From Alphaproteobacteria bacterium (GTDB lineage: Bacteria > Pseudomonadota > Alphaproteobacteria > UBA2136 > UBA6156): a stretch of DNA of 64,000 nt. Under the pieces are notes generated by a model. It was given only the letters and a program-made list of their open reading frames with translations, was not told where the DNA came from and did no database searches. A program made the position numbers and the translations under genes. Shown here in pieces: positions 56,503 through 64,000 of this stretch; within the stretch, counting starts at the first letter, position 1; every line of letters starts with the position of its first letter. The stretch is taken from NCBI GenBank assembly GCA_027485835.1, contig JAIXQG010000001.1:69902-133901 (forward strand). Reading direction: 5' to 3'.

Positions 56503-57159
56503 CTAAAACCTTGGTTTCTGGGGGTGGCGTGAGAGCCTGCCCATAACATGGTTGTAGATGGTGTTTTGCGCTTCGGCATGGCCGACCGAGAACGCTTTGC
56601 AAAATGCTCGGATAACTTGCTTTTGGTGTTCTGGCGAGGCCCGCAAAAATCTCGGCTTCTTGAGGGCCGGGATTGCAAGTATCTGATCCACAACCTGATC
56701 AATTTTTCGCGAAGGAGTGAAGAAAGTGACGTCCCTCGTGTGTCGTGAGTGCTGGTTATACCTTTCGGTTAGTAGAATCGATTCGATCTGAGCCTTGTAG
56801 ACGGTCGCGCGTTCGGCCAGAACCTTTACCTGTGTGAGCAGGCGCTGGGTTTCGGCTAGAGTGACGTTGTAGCGTGAGCGCAGGAACGAAAGTTCGCGCT
56901 CGTGCATTTTGCGCGTGTAGTAATCGGATTCATCGCAGGCGACGCATTGCATTTCTTCGATCGATGTCAGAAGAGTTTCGATCTTCTTTATGTTTGACCG
57001 AATGGATTGCGCATCTTCGATTGCCGAAGGGATGGCCAGAATGGCTGCTGCGTAGACCCATGGTGTGGACCACCATGCGATTAGAACAGAGATAAGCACG
57101 ATGTAGAGAGTGATGCGAAAGGCCATGCGAATGGCCAAAGTGGCGTAGAAGTTCCTCAT
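56503..57159 (-). CDS. Hypothetical protein: two N-terminal TM helices, coiled coil, CxxC
   Basis: 218-aa ORF, GAAAGG RBS, CTTGAT-N16-CCTACAT promoter-like site at 57217-57245. Confidence 0.7.
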   Translation of the reverse strand: MRNFYATLAIRMAFRITLYIVLISVLIAWWSTPWVYAAAILAIPSAIEDAQSIRSNIKKIETLLTSIEEMQCVACDESDYYTRKMHERELSFLRSRYNVTLAETQRLLTQVKVLAERATVYKAQIESILLTERYNQHSRHTRDVTFFTPSRKIDQVVDQILAIPALKKPRFLRASPEHQKQVIRAFCKAFSVGHAEAQNTIYNHVMGRLSRHPQKPRF

Positions 57160-57556
57160 GAGCGTTGACCTTTCTGGAGTGAACGCAAAGCTGAAATAGG
57201 AGATGATTGAAACTAGATGTAGGTGTTTGTGGGGAGGTTATCAAGAGGAAGACTGGTGAATCGTATTTGGGCATCTGTTTTTAGATGGGGAAGGTGGGTG
57301 TAAGAATGCTGTTTGAGTGAAAATTTTGGGCAGGGACGTGGTGTGGGGGACGCTATGGGTTGGGGGTAAGTCGGTAAGTGATTGGTAAGATGTATGTGTA
57401 AAATGTAGCGAAGCGGCAACAGGGGGTGGGGATAAGTTTTTACGATTCTTGCTTGTTGTATACCCAGTGATGGTGGTATAAGCAGTTTAGTTGAGGGAAA
57501 AGAACACAAGATGTAGTGGCCCCACCCTTAGCTGCTAGGTTCCATGAAACAGAAAG

Positions 57557-57955
57557 ATGTCTTCGATGACCGCGTCCTCCCTGCCACAACAAAACGCCCT
57601 TCAAGCCGTGCAAGCAACCCAAGCCTTTGGTACCCAAGCCTTTGGTTCGCCCCGCCAGCTGAGCCCGCTGTACCGTCAGCGTGCTGAAGCCTTCAACGAA
57701 AGCCTGCCGGCTACCGTTGATGCCTGCCTGAAGACCTACTTTAAAGACCTGAACGGCATGAGCCCTGCTGCCGGCATGTATGTTAAGGTTATCTCCCAAG
57801 TTGAAAAGCCGCTGATTGAGCACGTACTCCGCTACGTTCGCATCAACCAAGTGCGCGCTGCCAGCATTCTGGGTATTAACCGCAACACGCTGCGCAAGAA
57901 GATCCAGGCTCTCAACATCGATTTGGATAAATTGATGAGCGACGTAGGCCACTAA
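57557..57955 (+). CDS. fis: Stand-alone Fis-like (HTH_8) DNA-binding protein
   Basis: SLPATVDACLKTYFKDLNG...VEKPLIEHVLRYVRINQVRAASILGINRNTLRKKI. Confidence 0.8.
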   Translation: MSSMTASSLPQQNALQAVQATQAFGTQAFGSPRQLSPLYRQRAEAFNESLPATVDACLKTYFKDLNGMSPAAGMYVKVISQVEKPLIEHVLRYVRINQVRAASILGINRNTLRKKIQALNIDLDKLMSDVGH

Positions 57956-58078
57956 GCCTAGCTGCTTTAAAGGCGCCCTAAGGGGCGCTTTTTGTTTGTG
58001 TGATATTTGGGCGGGCGTTTGGGGGCGGAGTTTACTGGTGGGCTGGCTTTTTTTGGAGTTTCTGGCACATTGGCGGGT

Positions 58079-60514
58079 ATGACTGAACGCAAGACCACCA
58101 AGGCCAAAGACCGCAAACCTGTTAAGACTGCCAAGAAGGCTGCGCCTGTGGTTGCGCCGAAAGCGGATGCTATTGTGGTGGAGGCCAAGGCTGAACCGGT
58201 GCGTGAGGTAGTGAAACCGCAGGTTAAGAACGAGCGCGCGCAGGCTGAAGCTTTGTATGAACCGTTGGGCCATGATGACACCATTGCGGCTGTGTGGCCG
58301 GTGGTAGGTGACCGTCGTAAACCGCGCCGTGGGCACCACCCGATGTTCCGCTATTTGCGCTACGGTTTTGTGAGTTTGATTGTGCTGCTGGTGGTGGCGC
58401 TGTTCGGAATTCTGTTATTAGCGAATAGCTGGCCGGGGTTGAGCGGGCCGGCGTATCTGGCGCTTATTAACATTAATATTGTGGGGTTGGTGCTGCTGCT
58501 GCTGTACGTTGTGCGGCGGGTAGTGGTGATGATGCTCGACCGGCGTGGGCGTTTGCGTGGCAGCCGCTTGCACTGGCGCGTGTTGGGCATGTTTGTGTTT
58601 CTGGCCGTGTTGCCTGCCGTGGGCATTGGAGGCACCGCGATTTACCTACTGAACCAAGGCATTGAAAGCTGGTTTGCGACCAAGGTGAGCGTGGCCTTGG
58701 AAGGTGGGCGCCAAGTAGCTGAAGGTTACTTGAAAGAGAGTGGCCGGAGTTTGCAGGCCGATACCGTTGCGATGAGCCGCGACCCGTTGTGGCAGATGCC
58801 TGCGCTGCTATTAAGCCAAGAGACGATGGGGGGCTGGTTGCGTCAGCAAATGAACCTGAAGCAACTGGAAGAGCTGGCCGTGGTGGACAGCGAAGGTCAG
58901 GTGATGGTGAGTGGCAGCGGGTTGAAGTTTTTGATTCTGCCGGGTGAGGTGATTCAGTATTTGCAGAATGCGGAATTCCAACGCGTGAATGGCGGTAGCG
59001 TGTGGCCGGAGGTATTCCGGCAGGCTGATGGGCGCCGTGTGCTGGCGGTTGTGCCGTTGAAGGCGGGTTTGTGGTTGGTTTCGCAAAAGAGCTTGAACAA
59101 CGAAATGCTGGCGCGGATTGAAGAGACCGCGATGGCCTACCATGACTACGCCAACATGATGCAGGAGCGTGAGAAAATCCGGCACGTGGTGACGATGTTC
59201 ATGCTGGTATTGCTAGGTAGTACCGTGACGGCGGCGGTGTGGGCGGGGATACGTTTAGCGAACAAGATTGTAAAGCCCGTGACCGAGCTGGTGCATGGGA
59301 CCAACCGCGTGAGTGCGGGGGATTTGAGCGTGCGCTTGGAACCGCGTGATGATGGTGAATTGGGGGTGCTAACGCAGGCGTTCAACCGGATGACCGTACA
59401 GTTGGCCAGTAACCGCGATTTGCTGGAGCGCAAGAATAACGAGCTGGATGAGCGTCGGCGCTTTACCGAAGCGGTTTTGACCGGAGTGAGCGCCGGTGTG
59501 GTGGCCGTGGATGACGAAGGTATTGTGCGCGTAGCCAACCAGAGTGCTATTGCGATGTTGAAGCTGACGCTGGGTGTGAAGCTTTCTAAAGCCGCGCCGG
59601 AGTTGGGTGACCTTGTGCAGGATGTGATACGTGGCAACGTGATTGGCCGTGGGGTTGTGCAGCACGAAATGAAGGTGACGGTGGAGGAGGGGGATACACG
59701 TACTCTGCTGGTGCGCCTTGTGCCGCAGGCGGCGACGACATCTGGTGGGTTGCGCGGTGTGGTGCTGACCTTTGACGATATTACGCCGCTGATTGGGGCG
59801 CAGCGTTTGGCTGCGTGGCAGGATGTGGCGCGCCGCCTTGCGCATGAAATTAAGAACCCGCTGACGCCGATCCAGTTAAGTGCCGAGCGATTGAAGCGCC
59901 GTTACGGCAAGCAGATTACGCAGGACACCGAACTGTTTATGCAGTTGTGCGACACGATTGTTCAGCAGAGTGAAGAAATGCGCCGAATGACGAACGAGTT
60001 TAGCGACTTTGCGCGGATGCCGCAGGCGCAGATGGCCGATGAGAACATGGTGGAGCTGGTGGACGGTGTAGTGGTGCTGCAGCGGGCGCGTGGTGGCGTG
60101 GAATTTGTGACAGATTATGAAGTTGCCGTGGCGACCGTGAAAGCCGACAAAGGCCAAGTAACACGCGTGTTTACCAACCTTTTGGAGAATGCGTACAATG
60201 CCATTGCTGAAAGGGAAGGCACAAATCTGCCACAGGGACGGGTTGAAATTGTTGCGAGGGAGCAACAAGCTGGTATGCTAACAGTCGAAATACGTGACAA
60301 CGGCCGGGGCCTTCCCGAGAACGTCGAGGTTGAGAGTTTATTCGACCCCTACGTGACGACTCGAAAAGGCGGAACCGGGCTGGGTTTAGCCATCGTTAAA
60401 CGCGTGATGGATGAACACGGCGGGACAGTGCGGTTGCTGCGACGGAAGACAGGGGGAACCACAGTTGAACTGGGATTCCCGCTCGCCGAACCAGCGATTG
60501 CCGCCATGCCCTAA
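58079..60514 (+). CDS. ntrY: NtrY-like sensor histidine kinase
   Basis: Multi-TM N-terminus, GIESWF, HAMP, PAS, AWQDVARRLAHEIKNPLTPIQLSAERL, GTGLGLAIV. Confidence 0.93.
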   Translation: MTERKTTKAKDRKPVKTAKKAAPVVAPKADAIVVEAKAEPVREVVKPQVKNERAQAEALYEPLGHDDTIAAVWPVVGDRRKPRRGHHPMFRYLRYGFVSLIVLLVVALFGILLLANSWPGLSGPAYLALININIVGLVLLLLYVVRRVVVMMLDRRGRLRGSRLHWRVLGMFVFLAVLPAVGIGGTAIYLLNQGIESWFATKVSVALEGGRQVAEGYLKESGRSLQADTVAMSRDPLWQMPALLLSQETMGGWLRQQMNLKQLEELAVVDSEGQVMVSGSGLKFLILPGEVIQYLQNAEFQRVNGGSVWPEVFRQADGRRVLAVVPLKAGLWLVSQKSLNNEMLARIEETAMAYHDYANMMQEREKIRHVVTMFMLVLLGSTVTAAVWAGIRLANKIVKPVTELVHGTNRVSAGDLSVRLEPRDDGELGVLTQAFNRMTVQLASNRDLLERKNNELDERRRFTEAVLTGVSAGVVAVDDEGIVRVANQSAIAMLKLTLGVKLSKAAPELGDLVQDVIRGNVIGRGVVQHEMKVTVEEGDTRTLLVRLVPQAATTSGGLRGVVLTFDDITPLIGAQRLAAWQDVARRLAHEIKNPLTPIQLSAERLKRRYGKQITQDTELFMQLCDTIVQQSEEMRRMTNEFSDFARMPQAQMADENMVELVDGVVVLQRARGGVEFVTDYEVAVATVKADKGQVTRVFTNLLENAYNAIAEREGTNLPQGRVEIVAREQQAGMLTVEIRDNGRGLPENVEVESLFDPYVTTRKGGTGLGLAIVKRVMDEHGGTVRLLRRKTGGTTVELGFPLAEPAIAAMP

Positions 60515-60549
60515 GTTGAAGCGGGTCAAGAACAAGGAGATTTGGACCC

Positions 60550-61914
60550 ATGAGCCAACCGCAAACCGCAGGAAGCCCGGCGAGCACGACTTACGAGCTG
60601 CTTATTGTCGACGACGAGGCTGAAGTCCGCACCGCACTCGCTGGCATTTTAGAAGACGACGGTTATAACATCCGCTTTGCGGAAAACGGCGAGCAAGCCC
60701 TGCAAGCTGTGACCGACCGCGTGCCGCACTTGGTGCTGCTGGACATCTGGATGGAAGGTATGGACGGCCTTGAAGTGCTGAGCCGCCTGAAGCGCCGCGT
60801 GCCCGACCTGCCCGTGATTATGATTAGCGGCCACGGTACGATTGAGACCGCCGTGCAAGCCACCCAAAAAGGTGCTTACGACTTTATTGAAAAGCCGCCG
60901 AGTGTAGAGCGTTTGCTGCTGACCGTTGGCCGTGCGATACGCGAAGCCCAACTGCGTAAGGAAAACTACCTGCTGCGCGCCAAGAGTGGTGACGTGCAGG
61001 AGTTGCTGGGGGTTTCGTCGGAAATTGCGACCGTACGCCAGACCGTGAAGCAGGTAAGCCCCGGCGAAAGCCGCGTGATGATTACCGGCGAAAGCGGTAC
61101 GGGTAAGGAAATTGTGGCCCGCTTGGTGCACAAGGGTAGCCGCCGTACCGATAAGGCGTTTGTACTGCTGGCACCGGGTGCTGTGAGTGAGGGGACGTTT
61201 GAGACCGCGCTTTCGACCATCGTTGGCCAAGGCCGTGGCGGTACGTTGTTTCTGGACGAAGTGAGCGACCTCTCGGCCGGAATGCAGGCGCGTTTGCTGA
61301 AGTTCTTGCAGGATGGCCTGCTGCCCGATACCAACACCGGTTTGCCGGTTGAGGCCGATGTGCGCGTGATTTCCTCTACCAACAAGGACCTCAAGCAGCT
61401 GGTGGATGCTGGTAAGTTCCGTGCCGACCTGTTTTACCGCTTGAGTGTGGTGCCTATCATGATGCCGGCGCTGCGCACCCGCAGTGTGGATATTCCGACG
61501 CTGGTACAGCACTTTTTGAAGGTGCTCAGCCCCGATGCCCAAGCCATGCCGAAGATTGCACCCGCCACTATGGCCGTGCTGACTAGCTACGAATGGCCGG
61601 GGAATATTCGTCAGTTGAAAAACGTGTGCGAATGGCTGGTGATTATGCACTCTGGCAAGTTGGTGAACCCCGACATGCTGCCGCCGGAACTGACCAAGGG
61701 TGATGCCGTTGCCGGTAACCTGATGGAAAGCGCCGTGAGCATGCCGCTGCGCCAAGCCCGCGAGCTGTTTGAAAAGAACTACCTGACCAGCCAATTGATG
61801 CGCTTTGGCGGGAATGTGAGCCGGACGGCTGACTTTGTGGGGATGGAGCGTTCTGCGCTGCACCGCAAGCTTAAATCGCTCGGTGTTGACGCGCGCATCG
61901 AGGGCCCATTCTAA
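60550..61914 (+). CDS. ntrX: NtrX-like response regulator (REC-AAA+-HTH)
   Basis: LLDIW, MISGHG.IETAV, GESGTGKE, WPGNIRQLKN, FVGMERSALHRKLKSLG. Confidence 0.93.
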   Translation: MSQPQTAGSPASTTYELLIVDDEAEVRTALAGILEDDGYNIRFAENGEQALQAVTDRVPHLVLLDIWMEGMDGLEVLSRLKRRVPDLPVIMISGHGTIETAVQATQKGAYDFIEKPPSVERLLLTVGRAIREAQLRKENYLLRAKSGDVQELLGVSSEIATVRQTVKQVSPGESRVMITGESGTGKEIVARLVHKGSRRTDKAFVLLAPGAVSEGTFETALSTIVGQGRGGTLFLDEVSDLSAGMQARLLKFLQDGLLPDTNTGLPVEADVRVISSTNKDLKQLVDAGKFRADLFYRLSVVPIMMPALRTRSVDIPTLVQHFLKVLSPDAQAMPKIAPATMAVLTSYEWPGNIRQLKNVCEWLVIMHSGKLVNPDMLPPELTKGDAVAGNLMESAVSMPLRQARELFEKNYLTSQLMRFGGNVSRTADFVGMERSALHRKLKSLGVDARIEGPF

Positions 61915-61984
61915 GGATTATATGATTCTTGGAGGAAGGAAGGGGCTCGCTTTGGCGGGCCTCTGTTTTTGAAGAAAGGGTGAG

Positions 61985-62536
61985 ATGATGGTACGGACGG
62001 TGAGTTTTGATGGGGCGGGGGTTCAGGTTTTAACGCTGGTGTATGCGCGGGATGCGCAGGGTCGGATTTTGAAGCTGGAGCGCGCGCCGACGAAGAAGTT
62101 TCTGCCCGGTTGGTTTGTGGGTTTGGGTGGCAAGGTGGAAGCCGGCGAAAACGTATTTGCTGCAGCCGAGCGTGAGTTTGCCGAAGAGACGGGAATGACC
62201 GTGTGTAACTTAAGTTTGCGGGGCACCTACACGTTTATGACCGAAACGCCGAGCAACCGCTGCGGGGTGATTTACCTATTTGAGAGTTTTGATGTGGACG
62301 GTGAGTTTAAGGCCGATGTGGCCGATGGCACGCTGCATTGGTTGACGCTGGACGAGATTTTGGCCAACGACAAAGTGATGCCGGACCATAAGGTGTGGTT
62401 GAAGCATATCTTTACGACGCAAGACCATTTTGCGTGCGTTGGGAGCTGGAAGCCGCCGGTGAATGGGACTTTGAATGTGGGGGAAGAGTGGGCGGATAGC
62501 CGGGCTTATTTTGAGATGTTGGCGAGGGCGGCTTAA
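61985..62536 (+). CDS. Nudix hydrolase (MutT/MTH1-like, intact box)
   Basis: GGKVEAGENVFAAAEREFAEETGM. Confidence 0.88.
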   Translation: MMVRTVSFDGAGVQVLTLVYARDAQGRILKLERAPTKKFLPGWFVGLGGKVEAGENVFAAAEREFAEETGMTVCNLSLRGTYTFMTETPSNRCGVIYLFESFDVDGEFKADVADGTLHWLTLDEILANDKVMPDHKVWLKHIFTTQDHFACVGSWKPPVNGTLNVGEEWADSRAYFEMLARAA

Positions 62537-62586
62537 TGCTTTGCATATGCAAAAGCCCCCAAGTGGGGGCTTTTTAGTTGAGTGCT

Positions 62587-63387
62587 TTAGAGTACGTAGA
62601 TAAGGAGGAACAGGCCGATCCAGACCACGTCTACGAAGTGCCAGTACCAGGCGGCGGCTTCAAAGTAGAAGTGGTTGTGGCGGGTGAAGTCCTTCTTGTA
62701 CAGGCGCCAGCAGGCGAATGCCAGCATGATGGTGCCGAGGAAGACGTGGAAGCCGTGGAAACCTGTCAGCATATAGAAGACCGTGCCGTAGGCGCCGCTG
62801 CTAAGCGTGTAGGATGCGTGGTTGTACTCCAGCATCTGGCAGAACAGGAAGATGATACCCAGTTGGACCGTGAGGAAGGTGTACAGCGTAGCATCCGACC
62901 GGCGGTTGTGCAGCAAGGCGTGGTGGGCCATGGTGATGGTGACGCCCGAGGTGAGCAGCAGTAGTGTGTTGATGACCGGGAGGTGGATCGAGAGGAGCTC
63001 GATACCCACCGGTGGCCACACGGGAGCATGCATGCGCATATAGAAGTAGGCGGCGAAGAAGGCGGCGAAGAACATCACTTCCGATGCGATGAAGAAGATC
63101 ATGCCGTAGCGGTTGGCGAGGTCTAGCACCAGAGGTACTGCGCCTTTGCCGAAGCCGCGCTGGCGGGACTCCTTAATAAGCGAGAAGAACCATGCCATGG
63201 CGCCGGTAAGCAGCAGGCCCAGACCGAACAGGGTGGTAAGTTTGCCGTACAGCACCGGCTGCATGTGCAGCATCATGATAACGCCAAAGGCCATGATACC
63301 TGCGCCGACGCAGGAAATAGGCGGCCAGATGGAGGGCGGCGGAATGTGGAAATCGTGGTCGTGGGCGTGAGCGTGATCGTGGGCCAT
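62587..63387 (-). CDS. coxC: Cytochrome c oxidase subunit III
   Basis: FHIPPPSIWP, FIASEVMFF, NTLLLLTSG, TGFHGFHV, AAAWYWHFVDVVW. Confidence 0.96.
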   Translation of the reverse strand: MAHDHAHAHDHDFHIPPPSIWPPISCVGAGIMAFGVIMMLHMQPVLYGKLTTLFGLGLLLTGAMAWFFSLIKESRQRGFGKGAVPLVLDLANRYGMIFFIASEVMFFAAFFAAYFYMRMHAPVWPPVGIELLSIHLPVINTLLLLTSGVTITMAHHALLHNRRSDATLYTFLTVQLGIIFLFCQMLEYNHASYTLSSGAYGTVFYMLTGFHGFHVFLGTIMLAFACWRLYKKDFTRHNHFYFEAAAWYWHFVDVVWIGLFLLIYVL

Positions 63388-63406
63388 GGGGGGTCTCTTT
63401 ATCTAA

Positions 63407-63754
63407 CTAAAACTTTTCAGCGGCTTTGTCTTGGACAAGGCTGGGGTCGTCGTATTCCGGCAGGCGGAGGCCTTTGTAGTCGTATTGGATGCGTTCACCG
63501 AATTCGCGGACGTAGTCGGTGCCGCGGGTGTGACCCCAGCCGCCGAGGTAGACGATAAGGATGAAGAAGTACACCAGCGCACCACCGATACCGATGGCCA
63601 GCATCTTCATGAAGATGTCGTAGGTTTGGGTGTAGTCGGCGTGAAGCTCTTTTTTGCTGTAGTGCAGCTTGGGTTGAGCCTCGGCTGCGTGGACAGCCGC
63701 GGCAGCCGCCGGTTTGGCAGCTGGCTTACTTTTGGATTTGGTAGGTTGCGCCAT
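63407..63754 (-). CDS. aa3-type cytochrome c oxidase subunit IV-like single-TM protein with extensions
   Basis: GGAGG RBS; HADYTQTYDIFMKM followed by one TM helix; located in the cox cluster. Confidence 0.55.
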   Translation of the reverse strand: MAQPTKSKSKPAAKPAAAAAVHAAEAQPKLHYSKKELHADYTQTYDIFMKMLAIGIGGALVYFFILIVYLGGWGHTRGTDYVREFGERIQYDYKGLRLPEYDDPSLVQDKAAEKF

Positions 63755-63917
63755 AGGAGCCTCCTTGGGGGATTGCAGGTTGATTGTGCGCATATCGCCA
63801 GATAAACACGCTGGCGGCAAGGCTTGCTGCAAACGCTGCAAGCACAAGGGCGAGGGCGATGTTGCGGCGGCGCATCTGCGGGCTATGGGTTTGGAGTGTG
63901 TTTTCGGCTTTGCTCAT
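63726..63917 (-). CDS. Small cox-cluster membrane protein (CoxF-like)
   Basis: RRRNIALALVLAAF motif typical of the small ORF in alphaproteobacterial cox operons. Confidence 0.6.
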   Translation of the reverse strand: MSKAENTLQTHSPQMRRRNIALALVLAAFAASLAASVFIWRYAHNQPAIPQGGSYGATYQIQK

Positions 63918-64000
63918 GGCGGGAAATTAGCATGGGAAGTGACCACTGAACAGTAGACAACGACAGGAATTTACGGCCAAGGCCGGAGGTGTTGTTTGCC

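Noticed and set aside
57160..57556. Possible oriC
   Set aside because: No perfect DnaA boxes, no AT-rich unwinding element, and the G/T richness of the + strand does not switch across it.

Overview
This is a 64 kb chromosomal segment of an alphaproteobacterium-like organism, judged from gene order (lptF-lptG-lptD-surA-rsmA, divergent pepA...holC, ppiD/secG/pyrG, dusB...ntrY-ntrX, cox cluster). The + strand is G/T-rich throughout. Most of the window is housekeeping: tuf, tyrS, uvrD, cydAB, pyrG, lipB, rsmI, dusB, 4 tRNAs, a small glycan cluster, a chemoreceptor, an autotransporter and an orphan VirB11. About a dozen ORFans are interspersed. I saw no CRISPR array, transposase, integrase or rRNA. 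Main observations: (1) PepA carries two C-terminal AT-hooks and is followed by an M42 peptidase with a histone-H1-like tail and by holC, a candidate nucleoid-bound peptidase system; (2) a stand-alone Fis-like protein occupies the ntrB-ntrC slot between dusB and ntrY-ntrX; (3) two Nudix proteins lacking most catalytic glutamates have heat-shock-like promoters and structured leaders (tandem bulged-A ACCR hairpins; an SD-occluding hairpin) and converge on a nucleoside-deoxyribosyltransferase-like gene preceded by two micro-paralogs; (4) two unrecognised paralog pairs flank the orphan virB11; (5) a KPAA-repeat histone-like protein has a C-terminal membrane anchor; (6) a 176-bp foldback element lies upstream of cydA. 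All assignments are by eye; no database searches were run.
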